From a bacterium (GTDB lineage Bacteria > UBA8248): a stretch of 64,000 nt of DNA. The notes under the pieces are model-generated. The model was not told the DNA's origin. It ran no database searches and saw only the letters and a list, made by a program, of their open reading frames with translations. Shown piece by piece: positions 40,777 to 51,874 of this stretch. Within the stretch, counting starts at the first letter, position 1. Each line of letters opens with the position of its first letter. The translations under genes and the position numbers were made by a program. Location: contig OY843592.1 of the NCBI GenBank assembly GCA_963692865.2, forward strand, positions 192,001-256,000. Direction: 5' to 3'.

Positions 40777-41138
40777 GGGGATGCCTCCCTTTCAGCGGTC
40801 CGCCGTGAAGGCGGGCGTGTCCCTTCCCCTCGGCGGTCGGATCACGGAACCGGAGGGGGTTTTGCGGCGCGCTTCTTCACGGGCTCGAGTCCTCTCCGCC
40901 GTCGCGTCCCGCCACGCGGACCCGGGGCCTTTCCCGGTCCGTTCCGGGTGAGACTGCATTTTATTTTACCCGAAGCTGCCCGGACAACGGGCTTTTATGA
41001 TTTCAGGGTGATTTTCAGGGCAGATACGGTGTTTATTTCGTGACTTCTGTGATATTCTTGCCGAATACCCTGCGCCGGTACCGGAACCGGCGCGCAACGC
41101 CACCCGCATATCCCCCCGGAGGGGGGGAGGACGCGACA

Positions 41139-43487
41139 GTGACCGAATTCGATAACGCCAGGCGCGAGGCGGCCCTGCACGAGCGCTTCTCGCGGCTGTG
41201 CGCGGCCCTGGGGCGCATCGCCTCGAGCCTCGACCCGGGGACCGTGCTCCGCGAAGTCCTCGAGAGCGCCCGCGGGCTGAGCGGCGCGCGCCACGGCGTC
41301 GTCGTGACCCTCGACGAGTCGGGCGGGCCCGACGGCTTCAGGAGTTCGGGCATCGCCCCCGGGGAGCACCGGGGGCTGGTGGATTGGCCCGAGGGGCCGC
41401 GGTTTCTGGAACACTTCCGCGATCTGGCGGAACCGCTGCGCCTGGCGGACCTGCGCGCCCACGCGCAGGCGCTCGGCTTCTCCCCGGACCGCTTGCCGTG
41501 GCGGACGTTCCTGTGCGCGCCGATGCGCCATCGCGGCACGCGCGTCGGCAGCCTTTTCCTGGCCGGGAAGGAAGGCGGCGGGGCGTTCACCGGCGAAGAC
41601 GGGGAGGTGCTGGGGTTTCTCGCGAGCCAGGCCGCGGCCGCGCTCGCCAACGCGCGGGCGCACCGCGCCGAGCGGCGCGCGCGGGCCGACCTCGAGGCCC
41701 TGGTCGAGACCTCGCCGGTCGGCGTGGCGCTGTTCGACGCACAAACCGGCGCCCCGGTGTCGATCAACCGGGAGATGAGGCGGATCGGGGAGAAGCTGCG
41801 CACCGCGGGCCGCCCCGTGGAGGCGCTGCTCGAGGTGCTGATGTGCCGCTTCGCCGACGGGCGCGAGGTCGCGCTCGACGAGCTGCCCTTCGCGGCCGTG
41901 CTGAGCGGCGCCGAGACGGTGCGCGCCGAGGAGGTCGTGCTCTCGGTGCCCGACGGGCGCAGCGTCACGGCGCTGATCAACGCGACGCCGATCCACGGCG
42001 AGGACGGCGCGGTGGTGTCGACGGTCGTCACCATGCAGGACATGGCGCCGCTCCAGGAGCTCGAGCGGATGCGCGTGGAGTTCCTGGGCATGGTCAGCCA
42101 CGAGCTGCGCGCGCCGCTGACCTCGATCAAGGGCTCGACCGCCGCGGTGCTCGGCGCCGGGCGGGTCTTCGGTCCGGTCGAGATGCGCGAGTTCTTCCGC
42201 CTCATCGACGGGCAGGCCGATCACATGATCGGCCTGGTCGCCGACCTGCTGGACACGGGGCTCATCGACGCGGGCAGGCTGTCGGTCTCTCCCGAGCCCA
42301 CCGACGCGGGCGTCCTGGTGGAGCGGGCGAGGAACGCGTTCGTCTCGGGCGGCGGGCGCAACGCCGTGCTGATCGACCTCCCGCCGGACCTGCCCCGGGT
42401 GATGGCCGACCGCCAGCGCATCGAGCAGGTGCTGAACAACCTTTTGCGCAACGCCGCCCGGCACTCTCCCGGGACGTCGCCCGTCCGGGTGTCGGCGGAG
42501 CGCGACGGCGTGCACGTGGCGCTCTCGGTCTCCGACGAGGGCCGGGGGCTTGCGGCCGGGCAGCTGCCGCGTCTTTTCCGGAAGTATGCCGGTTTCGGCG
42601 GCGATGAGGGGGAGCGCGGAGCCGGCGGGGGATACGGCCTGGGCCTGTTCATCTGCAAGGGGCTGGTGGAGGCGCACGGGGGGCGCATCCGGGCGGAGAG
42701 CGCGGGCATCGGCCGGGGCGCGACTTTCACCTTCACGCTCCCCGCGGCCGAAGAGGCCGCCGATCCGTCCGCCTCCGCCCCGGGGCTTTCCCGTCCCCCC
42801 CGCGGGGAGAGCGAATCCATGACCGTACTCGCGGTGGACGACGACCCCGAGACGCTCCGCTACCTCCGCGACGCCCTCGCCGGGGCGGGCTACGCCCCGG
42901 TCGTGACCGCCGACCACCGGGAGCTCTCCCGGATCATCGCGGCCGAGAGGCCCCGCCTGGTCCTGCTCGACCTGATGCTCCCGGGGACCGACGGGATCGA
43001 ACTGATGGAAACCGTCCCCGGACTGGCCGACCTGCCGGTCATCTTCATCTCCGCCTACGATCGCGACGAGACGGTCGCCAGGGCGCTCGAGAGCGGCGCC
43101 GCCGACTACATCGTCAAGCCCTTCTCGCCGACGGAGCTCGTGGCGCGGATCCGGGCCGCGCTCCGCAGGCGGGCCGGACCCGAACCCTTCGTGCTCGGGG
43201 AGCTGGCCATCCGCCACGAGCAGCGCCTCGTGACCCTGGCCGGACGCGAGGTCCGGCTCACGGCCACCGAGTACGACCTGCTGCGCGCGCTCTCCTCGGC
43301 CGCCGGGCGGGTCCTGACCTACGATACGCTGCTGCGCCGGGTCTGGGGCGAGAGCCGCACCGGCCGTACGGAGCGGCTGCGCACCGTCGTCAAGAAGCTG
43401 CGCCGCAAGCTCGGCGACGACCCCGCCGCGCCCTCGTACATCCTCAACGTGCGCGGGGTCGGCTACCGCATGGCCGCGCCGGAGTGA
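41139..43487 (+). CDS. Cytoplasmic hybrid sensor kinase/response regulator: GAF-PAS-HisKA-HATPase-REC-OmpR wHTH
   Basis: SHELRAPL, NLLRNA, DEGRG, GLGL; AVDDD, LLDLMLP, KPF; LTATEYDLL...VRGVGYR. Confidence 0.92.
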   Translation: MTEFDNARREAALHERFSRLCAALGRIASSLDPGTVLREVLESARGLSGARHGVVVTLDESGGPDGFRSSGIAPGEHRGLVDWPEGPRFLEHFRDLAEPLRLADLRAHAQALGFSPDRLPWRTFLCAPMRHRGTRVGSLFLAGKEGGGAFTGEDGEVLGFLASQAAAALANARAHRAERRARADLEALVETSPVGVALFDAQTGAPVSINREMRRIGEKLRTAGRPVEALLEVLMCRFADGREVALDELPFAAVLSGAETVRAEEVVLSVPDGRSVTALINATPIHGEDGAVVSTVVTMQDMAPLQELERMRVEFLGMVSHELRAPLTSIKGSTAAVLGAGRVFGPVEMREFFRLIDGQADHMIGLVADLLDTGLIDAGRLSVSPEPTDAGVLVERARNAFVSGGGRNAVLIDLPPDLPRVMADRQRIEQVLNNLLRNAARHSPGTSPVRVSAERDGVHVALSVSDEGRGLAAGQLPRLFRKYAGFGGDEGERGAGGGYGLGLFICKGLVEAHGGRIRAESAGIGRGATFTFTLPAAEEAADPSASAPGLSRPPRGESESMTVLAVDDDPETLRYLRDALAGAGYAPVVTADHRELSRIIAAERPRLVLLDLMLPGTDGIELMETVPGLADLPVIFISAYDRDETVARALESGAADYIVKPFSPTELVARIRAALRRRAGPEPFVLGELAIRHEQRLVTLAGREVRLTATEYDLLRALSSAAGRVLTYDTLLRRVWGESRTGRTERLRTVVKKLRRKLGDDPAAPSYILNVRGVGYRMAAPE

Positions 43488-43753
43488 CGCCGGGCGGCCG
43501 TTTCCCTCATGTCCCCGTTCCGCACGTCGCCCCGCCGCAAGCCCGCATTTTTTTGCTGATTTAGGCCAAGTTTTATCATATTCACATCATAATACGAGAT
43601 AATCACACGAATACTTAACACAAGATCGCATGCGACGGTGTATAATAAAATAAAAGGTAAAAGCATGAGGCGGCGCGGTCCGCCCGGATCGACGCCGTCT
43701 CGGAACTCCGGGAAAGGAAAGGTGAACAAGAAAAACGTAAGGGAGGCGATGAC

Positions 43754-46700
43754 ATGACCAGGTGGACAGCCCCGGCGGTATCTGCCAGATTAGGGAAGAG
43801 CCGAACTCCGAACTCCGAACTCCGAACTCCGAACTCCGAACTCCGAACTCCGAACTCCGAACTCCGAACTCCGAACTCCGAACTCCGAACTCCGAACTCC
43901 GAACTCCGAACTCCGAACTCCGAACTCCGAACTCCGAACTCCGATTAGATAGCCCGGCCCGACGCCTCGCGGGAAGCGCCCGCCGGGCCGCCGGCCTCCT
44001 CGTCATCGCCCTGCTGGCGTCCCTCGCCCTGCTGCCGCCCGCCCCGGCGCAGGCGCAAGCGGTCAGCGTCAGCAATATTTCGGAGACTGCCGCTGGTAAT
44101 TTGCTCGTTGAAAGCGCAGGCGCCCAAGTTTACGCCAATAAGTTCACCACCGGGGGCACCAGCACCGACCGCTACACGCTGAACTCTGTCATTATCGATG
44201 TTGCTAATTCTGGATCAGGAGCGCTGGAGGTCTCGATCCACGTCGGCAGTGGCACCAATCCGGGAAACAAAATCGGCAGCAACCTGACCGGCACTATCGG
44301 CTCCAGCGGCGGCAACACGACCTATACAGCGAGCGGCATCACCCTGAACGGCGGCACCACCTATTTCGTGCAAGTCCGCAAAACGACCGCGGGGAGCCGC
44401 AGTATAGGTACAACCAATAGCAATACGGAGACCGCCAGCACCGGGTGGAGTGCAACTATCGCGGACGACGCTCGCTTTGACACCATTGCCTCTAATTGGG
44501 ACAACCTTGGAAGAGCTCTCCGCTTCACCGTCAACGCGACGACCCAGTCGACGACCCCCACCCCCCCGACGCTGACCACCTCCTCGGTGTCTTCCGTGTC
44601 TTACACCACTTTAGTCAACATTCCTTCTGGTAGCGACCCATGGAACCCGAGTTGGTCTTTCTTGAGGAATGCCCCTTTGAGAGGAGTGGCCAGACCGGGC
44701 GCCACCCCCTGCGCCACCGGCACGACACTGGAGATCGGCTGGTACAAGAGCACCGCGCTGACCACTCTGTTGGGAAACATCACTATCAGCAGCGGCCTCT
44801 ACACTTTGACCGCCACCCCCACGACCGCCGGCGAGTACCGAGCGCTGGCCTACTGCAAGAGGGGCACGACCTACTCGACCCCGGTGAACCTGATGCGGGG
44901 CGGCGGGGTGACGCTGACGGCTGGCCCGGCCCTCACCGCCAATCCTATCAGGGCGACGAGTGCACGTCTGACGATCACGAATCACACGTCCGCGTGGTGG
45001 TACAAGCGGACCGCCCCGATCGCCGGGACCTGCACCTCGGTCGCCGCGGGCACGACGCATGCGGACCTGAGCTCGCTGACCGCGGGCACGTCCTACACCT
45101 ACAAGGCGTATTCGGCGACGGGCTGCAACACGGCGAACGAGATCGCGAGCGTGACCTTTCAGACGGCCAGCGTCTCGACGCCCGTCAACCTGCGCGCGGA
45201 GCCGGGCAACGGGCAGATGACCCTGCGCTGGACCACGGTTACCGGAGCGCGGGGCTACCAGTACCGTGCGCTGGAGGGCAGCCGCATCGTCAGGCAGGAC
45301 TGGTTCCCGGGCAGCTACGGCGGCGACACCAGCGGCGTCGTGACCGGCCTGACCAACGGCACCGCCTACCAATTCCAGGTGCGGGCCATGCGGCGGGGCC
45401 CCGCCACGAGGTACATCGAGTGGGTGCCCGGTCCGTGGTCGAACGCGATCTCCGCCGCGCCGGTGGGGCCGCCGCCGGCCGTGTGCAGCGGGCGCCTGAC
45501 CGGGGACGGCAGCGTGACCGGACGCTGGACCGGGGACTACGGCTTCGGGACCCGGGGCTGGGCGCCGGACTGCGCGTCGGCCAAGCGCGCCGGCCACGCC
45601 ACGCGCTACTGGCGCTTCACGCTGGCCGGGCGGTCGACGGTGACCATCGACCTCCGGTCCGGCGACGCCGATCCCTGGCTCTACCTCTGGTCGGGCGTCG
45701 ACCGGATGGACGGCACGCCGCTCGCCTGGAACGACGACGCGGGGGGCAGCCGGAACTCGCGGATCGTCCGCACGCTCGCGGCGGGGACCTACACCGTCGA
45801 GACGACGACCTATCGCCGCCTGGACGAGGGTCGGTTCACCCTGACGGTGAGCGGCCTGGGCAGGACCGCGCCGGCGCCGGCGCAGCCGACCGGCTTCGGG
45901 GCCGAGGCGGGCGACCGGCAGGTGACGCTTCGCTGGGACGCGATGGACGGCGTGACCGGGTGGCAGGTCGAGCGTGACGGCGTGTGGACCGACGCCGGCG
46001 ACGGCCTGGCCACCGGCCACACGGTGACGGGCCTCGCCAACGGCAGGACCTACCGCTTCCGGGTGCGCGCGGTGAACGACGCCGGGCGGGGGCGGCCCTC
46101 GGCGCCGGTGTCGGTGACGCTCGATGCCGCCTCGGGTCCGGGGCAGGCGCCGTCGGAGTCCCGGTGCACGCAGCGCCTCGCCGGGGACGGCAGCGTGACC
46201 GGCCGCTGGGCGGCCGGATGCGACTCGATCGACCGCAGAGGCCGCCACGCGCGCTGGTACGAGCTCACGCTGGCGGAGCGCCGGGAGATGACCATCTATC
46301 TCGGTTCCCGCACCGACGCGTTCCTCTACCTCCGCTCCGGCGCCCAGCAGCGCAGCGGCAGGGCGCTCGAGTACGACGACGACGGCGGGCGGGGGTACGA
46401 TTCTCGCATCAGGCGCACGCTCGACGCGGGGACGTACACCATCGAGGCGACGACCTTCGACCCCGGGACGGGAGACTTCACGCTGACCGTCTTCGGAGGG
46501 GGCGGCGCCGCGACGCAGCAACCGGAGGAGGAGACTGAGACGACGACGCCCTCGCCGCCGGCGGCCGAGCCGGCGCTCCGCGTGTCGGACGCCCAGGCGG
46601 ACGAGGGCCACCCCTACGCCTCGGGCGAGATGCACTTCACGGTGACGCTGTCGCCGGCGGCGGCGCACCCGGTGAGCGTGAGCTACACGACGCGCGACGG

Positions 46701-48354
46701 AACGGCGCGGGGCGATTTGTACGGTCTCCACGGAGACTACGAGACAGAGTACGGCAGGATGTCGTTCGCTCCGGGGGAGACGCGGAAGACGGTGACGGTC
46801 GACCTGATCGGCGACTGGCACGACGAGGGGCCGGAGACCTTCTACCTGGTGCTCTCCGACGCACGGGGGGCGACCATCGCCGACGGGGAAGGCGTCGGCA
46901 CCATCGTCAACGACGACCCGATCCCGGCGGCGTGGACGGCGCGCTTCGGGCGCACGGTGGCGGACCAGGTGGTCGGCGCGGTGGGCGAGCGCCTTCGGGG
47001 CGCTTCCGCGCCCGGCGTGAGGCTGGGCGGCCATCGCCTCTCCGCGGAGGGGAAGGGTTTTCCCGCGGGGGGTCCGGATGCCCGTCCCGGTGCGGGGGAT
47101 TCGTTCCTTGCGGGCGCGGGGAAGTTCGCCCGCGCCCTGAACGCGCGGACGGGGGAGGATGAGGAGCAGCACTGGCGCGAGCTCGACATGGGCGCCCTGC
47201 TTCTGGCCAGTTCGTTCCACCTCGCCTCCGCGGGGGACGTGAAGGCGGGCCCGCGCTGGTCGGTCTGGGGCCGGGGGGCGCACTCGGGCTTCGACGGCGC
47301 GGAAGATGCGCTCACCCTCGAGGGCGAGGTGACGACGGCGACGCTGGGAGCGGACTTCGAGCGCGGCCGCTGGCTCGTGGGCGCGGCGCTCTCGCGAAGC
47401 TCCGGCGAGGGGAGCTACGCGACGCAAGGCGCCTGCGACGCGGGCTGTTCGGGCGAGGTGGAGAGCGCCCTCACCGGCTTCTACCCCTATGCGCGCTACC
47501 GGGTGAGCGATGTGTTCACGCTGTGGGGCGTCGTCGGCCACGGACAGGGCGACCTGACGCTCACGCCCGCGGACGGGGTCTCGCACGAGACCGATCTCGA
47601 CGCGAGCATGGCGGCCGCGGGCGCGCGGGGCGTCCTGCTGCCCGCCCGCGAACCGGGCGGGTTCGAACTGGCCCTGCGCGCGGACCTGCTCGTGACGCGG
47701 ACGCGTTCGGACGCCGCGCCGGATCTGGCGGCGGCCGAGGCGGAGACGAGCCGGGTGCGGCTCCTGCTCGAGGGCTCGCGCATCATCCCTCTGGCCGGCG
47801 GCGCGGTGCTGACGCCCTCGGTGGAGCTCGGGCTCCGCCACGAGGGGGGCGACGCGGAGACGGGCGGCGGCCTGGAGCTGGGCGGTTCGCTCCGCTACGC
47901 CTCGGGCGGCCTCTCGGTGGAGATGAGCGCGCGGGGGCTCGTAGCGCACTCCGAGAGCGACTACGGGGAATGGGGCGTGAGCGGCTCGGTGCGCTACGCG
48001 CCGGGCAAGGACGGGCGCGGGCTGTCGCTCAGGGCCGGCTCCTCCTGGGGGGCGGCCGCGGGCGGCGCGGAACATCTGTGGTCGGGAGCCCTCCGGAACT
48101 TCCCGCCGGGAGGAGGCTTCGAGCCCGGAACGGGTTTCGAGGCCGAGGCGGCCTGGGGGCTCGACGCCTGGCGCGGCCTGCTGACGCCCTATACGGGCGT
48201 GGCGCTCATCGGGAGCGGTGAAACCTGGCGCACCGGGGCGCGCTGGAAGTCCGGCGCGGATACCGAGGTGAGCCTCGAGGCCAGCCTCACCGAACCCGGC
48301 GGCGGGACGGGGACCGAAGGCGGCGTGTACCTGAGCGGCTCGAAGCGGTGGTGA
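43754..48354 (+). CDS. Autotransporter adhesin (FN3, duplicated PPC-like, Calx-beta, beta-barrel); probably phase-variable and out of frame from the RBS-linked ATG
   Basis: Signal peptide ending AQA; FN3 repeats, DDDxG..SRI..TL.AGTY modules, Calx-beta (FAPGETRKTVTV..DEGPETF), barrel ending W. Long ORF from GTG 43762; ATG 43754 is in another frame. Confidence 0.88.
43801..43944 (+). repeat. Heptanucleotide simple sequence repeat (CCGAACT)x20 plus CCGA
   Basis: Perfect 7-bp tandem array, counted directly. Confidence 0.98.
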
Positions 48355-48381
48355 GCCGCGCCAGCGGCGAATGAGGCGGGA

Positions 48382-48416
48382 GGCGCCGCGGGAGCGATCC
48401 CGCGGCGCCCTTTTTT
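48382..48416 (+). terminator. Intrinsic terminator
   Basis: GGCGCCGCGGGA-GCGA-TCCCGCGGCGCC followed by TTTTTT. Confidence 0.85.
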
Positions 48417-48809
48417 GTCACGGATGCGTAGGGATGTCCGGCCGACCCGGATGGCGGCGGCGCGGCCCGCCCGGACTTTTCGGTCCGTTGCCGCGACCCG
48501 GCCGCGACAGGGTGCGCAGGGGTCGTAACCAACCCGCTTGCGTCTTGATTACATTTGTTCTCGTGGACTCCCAACCGGATTGAAAACAACGACTTGGTTT
48601 TCATATGCTGGATATATCGATAAAATAAGACAAATTCAGATAAATTCACGGGGTTTTTCGATAAATTGACGATGTTTTTCCGGAAATGAAATCGACGAAA
48701 AAAACGCGGCCCGGCGGGGGTTATCCCCGCGGCGCGATGATGTATATTAGGCGCATAGACGACCGCATGAAACCGGGAAATGCGACGAAACGAGAGGAGA
48801 TGCGAGCAA

Positions 48810-49529
48810 ATGCCTGAAATCATCGACCTATGCATGCCCGTCCACATGTGGATGGAGCGCTACCCGGGCACGCCGCAGCCCGTCATCCAGCTGATCGAGA
48901 CGACGTATGAGTCCGCCAGGCGCATCGGCACCGACAAGATGGGCTTTCCCGAACTCTTCGCCCACAGCGTGTGCATCTTCAGCGAGCATTGCGGCACCCA
49001 CATCGACGCGAGAAGCCACGGCGGCATGAACGACTCGTGGTCCGAGGATATCCCGCTGGAGAAGTGCTACGGACCGGGCCTGAGACTCGACATGCGGGGC
49101 AAGAAACCCGGCGAGGCCATTCAAATCAGCGACTTAGAAAAAGCCCTCGCCAAAGAGGATTATACGATACAAGGCGGGGAAATCGTCTTTCTCTGGACGG
49201 GGGCGGCCGCCTACAACGACGAGCCGCGCTACCTGACGGATCATCCCGGCATGGTGGGCGAGAGCGCGGAGTGGCTCATCGACCAGGGCGTGTGCGTCAT
49301 GGGCATCGACGCGCCGGGCTTCGATCTGCCCATCAAAGAGATGCTCGAGCGGCGCGACCCCTGGCCGTGCCACCGCCTCTTCCAGACGCGCGAATACTGG
49401 CACATCGAGAACCTCTGCAACCTGGACGCCATCCCCGCCGCGCACGGGTTCACGGCGAGCGTCCTGCCGCTTCACTGGCGAGGCGCCACGGGAACGCACA
49501 TCCGCGCCGTCGCCATCGTGAACGGGTAG
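48810..49529 (+). CDS. Cyclase family metal-dependent hydrolase (kynurenine formamidase-like)
   Basis: EHCGTHIDA motif, MGID, HIENLCNL. Confidence 0.88.
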   Translation: MPEIIDLCMPVHMWMERYPGTPQPVIQLIETTYESARRIGTDKMGFPELFAHSVCIFSEHCGTHIDARSHGGMNDSWSEDIPLEKCYGPGLRLDMRGKKPGEAIQISDLEKALAKEDYTIQGGEIVFLWTGAAAYNDEPRYLTDHPGMVGESAEWLIDQGVCVMGIDAPGFDLPIKEMLERRDPWPCHRLFQTREYWHIENLCNLDAIPAAHGFTASVLPLHWRGATGTHIRAVAIVNG

Positions 49530-49535
49530 ACGAAA

Positions 49536-50594
49536 GTGGCTTTCATGGGCCGGGAGGACGCCGTCCGGGCCGGGAATCGGGCGCTCCGCCTCATCGTTTT
49601 CTCGCTCTCGCTACTCGTCACTTCGTTCCTGACGGCGGGAACCGGCGATGCCGCGAAAGCGTCCAACTCACTGAAATCGAACGCGAAAAAAAACCAGCGG
49701 CGTGAGATGCGCATCAAACTGTATAAGCGTACGCTCCGGAGCCATCTCGCATCCGACCCCTATCCGTTGATCGATCTGGAAATCTCGCTCGATCGCTGGA
49801 AGAGCACAGCACTACTTATCGAGGGCATGAACCGCGCGGGCGTCGCGCTCGGAGCGGTCACTTCGGCAAATGAGAAGGCCATCAAAAAGGCGGTCGAGCG
49901 CTATCCCGGGCGGTTGATTCCGCTCACCACCTCGGCAGTTCAAAAAGGCTGGGCGCAGACCGAGGGAGACTACTTATCGAGTATCAAACGGCAACTTGAG
50001 GGCGGCGCGTTCGGGATCGGAGGGATTACGTGGCGGCCTGTATCTTCCAACAAGACCCAAAAGGAGCAAATCAAAGAAGCATTAGGAGCGATCATCCGGC
50101 TGGCGATGGAAAGGCGGAGCCTCCTCCTATTCGACATGCCGCCCGATGACGGCGGTCTGGAACTGATCGAGCGGCTATCGAGGGCGGCGCCCGAGGCGAG
50201 AATCATCTGGACGCAAGCCGGCAGGATATTGAATTTGAACGCCTTGCCCGGCTACGGACACGGCCTCCTGCGGGCGCTGAGTCTCAGGCACCCAGGCCTC
50301 CTCTTCACGCTGACCCAGGATCCGCCTGCCGCCGCCGATTCACCCCCTCCAAGAACAAACCATCTGTATGACCCGGGCGGGGCCTTCTCCCGTGAATGGC
50401 GGGCGCTGCTCGAAGCGCGCGTGGGGCATTTCACGGTCGGGAACGATTCCTCCCCGGCCGACCCAGTGATATATACGAGAAGAACTCTCTTCTTTCGTGA
50501 AAATGTCCTTGGAAAGCTCAGCCCGGCTGCCAGAAAGCTGATCACCTACCGAAACGCATGGCGTCTGCTGACAAACCGCAACTGGAATCCTTGA
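49536..50594 (+). CDS. Exported amidohydrolase-fold-like protein
   Basis: N-terminal signal/TM; YPGRLIP, GIGG, IIWTQAG, VGND, ITYRNAWRL pattern of amidohydrolase_2. Confidence 0.55.
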   Translation: MAFMGREDAVRAGNRALRLIVFSLSLLVTSFLTAGTGDAAKASNSLKSNAKKNQRREMRIKLYKRTLRSHLASDPYPLIDLEISLDRWKSTALLIEGMNRAGVALGAVTSANEKAIKKAVERYPGRLIPLTTSAVQKGWAQTEGDYLSSIKRQLEGGAFGIGGITWRPVSSNKTQKEQIKEALGAIIRLAMERRSLLLFDMPPDDGGLELIERLSRAAPEARIIWTQAGRILNLNALPGYGHGLLRALSLRHPGLLFTLTQDPPAAADSPPPRTNHLYDPGGAFSREWRALLEARVGHFTVGNDSSPADPVIYTRRTLFFRENVLGKLSPAARKLITYRNAWRLLTNRNWNP

Positions 50595-50723
50595 TTCGAG
50601 AAATTCCCCCCGAATCCGTTGCATCAGGCCCTGCGCACGGGGATAATGCCGTCTCTCGGGACTGGAAGCGTCCTGAACAAATGATTTTCCGATAATTGAG
50701 CTTACGCGCAAGGAGTTCGCCTC

Positions 50724-51872
50724 ATGTACAGCATACGCCACCCGAAACGAACCTGGTTCGGCTTGGGAACCATAGCGAAAATCAAGGATGAAGCGGCGTT
50801 TCTGGGCGCCCGCAACGCGCTTTTCTTGACAGACAAGGGCGTGAGAGGCGCAGGCGTAGCGGACATGGCGCTGGCCCCTCTCGAGGAGGCAGGCGTCGAA
50901 GTCACGATATACGATGAATGCCCGCCCGAACCCGCCATCGGCGACCTCGAAAATGCCTTTGCGGAGTTCCAAAACGCCTCTTTCGACCTCGTCGTCGGGG
51001 TCGGAGGCGGCAGTTCGATGGACATGGCGAAATCCATTGGCGTATTGCTGGGGAATGACGGCGCGCCCAGGGATTATCTGGGGGTAGAACTCGTGCCGAA
51101 ACCGGGCCTCTCCACCATTTTGGCACCCACCACGAGCGGAACCGGCGCCGAAGCCACGCCCAACGCCATCTTCTCGGTGCCGGAAGAACAGGTGAAACTG
51201 GCCATCGTGAGTACGCACGTCATCCCGTTCGCCGCCATCGTCGACCCGAAACTCACGCTTTCCGCCCCGCCGAAAGTCACCTCCGCCGCCGGTGTGGACG
51301 CCTTCACGCATTGCTTGGAAACCTACGTGGCCAGAAACGCCACGCCATTGAGCGAGACGTACAGTCTGGAGGGTATGAAACTCATCGCCCGCTCCTTGAG
51401 GCGCGTATGCGCCGATGGAAGCGACATCGAAGCCAGAACCGATATGGCCCTGGGCTCATACTACGGCGGGGTTGCGCTCGCAGGAGCCGGGGCGGGCGCC
51501 ATCCACGCCCTGGCGTATCCGCTCGGCTCGCGGTTTCACATCCCGCACGGGGTCAGCAACTCGCTGATGTTCTCCCACGTCATGAAGGAAAACCACGCGG
51601 CGGCGCCGGAGAAGTTCGCTCGCATCGCCCAAATACTGGGCGAATCCATCGATAAGATGTCCACGGCTGAAGCTGCCGAGCTTTCCGTCGGCGCGGTCGA
51701 GAAACTTTGTCGCGATTGCGGGGTGCCCACCCGGCTCGACGAAGTCGATGTCCCCGCACACGCGATACCGGAGTTGGCCGAAGCCGCCTTCAAGCTCGAA
51801 CGTCTTTTGAATTGCAATCCCAAAGAACTTACGCTCGAGGACATCGAGAGAATCTATCGCGCCGCGGCTTGA
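50724..51872 (+). CDS. Iron-containing alcohol dehydrogenase
   Basis: GGGSSMD, PTTSGTGAE, DAFTH, HALAY, HG..N. Confidence 0.93.
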   Translation: MYSIRHPKRTWFGLGTIAKIKDEAAFLGARNALFLTDKGVRGAGVADMALAPLEEAGVEVTIYDECPPEPAIGDLENAFAEFQNASFDLVVGVGGGSSMDMAKSIGVLLGNDGAPRDYLGVELVPKPGLSTILAPTTSGTGAEATPNAIFSVPEEQVKLAIVSTHVIPFAAIVDPKLTLSAPPKVTSAAGVDAFTHCLETYVARNATPLSETYSLEGMKLIARSLRRVCADGSDIEARTDMALGSYYGGVALAGAGAGAIHALAYPLGSRFHIPHGVSNSLMFSHVMKENHAAAPEKFARIAQILGESIDKMSTAEAAELSVGAVEKLCRDCGVPTRLDEVDVPAHAIPELAEAAFKLERLLNCNPKELTLEDIERIYRAAA

Positions 51873-51874
51873 AA

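Larger units (their letters stand above)
12717..48609. mobile_element. Putative integrative mobilizable element / genomic island (about 36 kb)
   Basis: Tandem integrases at the left end, MOBF relaxase, ssb, defence cargo and compositional mosaicism; core genes resume at 48.8 kb. Boundaries are tentative (CATATGCT at 12717 and 48602). Confidence 0.6.

Noticed and set aside
43801-43944. Possible CRISPR array
   Set aside because: Pure 7-bp tandem repeat with no spacers and no cas genes.
40995-48075. Long minus-strand ORFs (740 aa and 1154 aa)
   Set aside because: Shadows of the hybrid kinase and autotransporter; no domain signatures.
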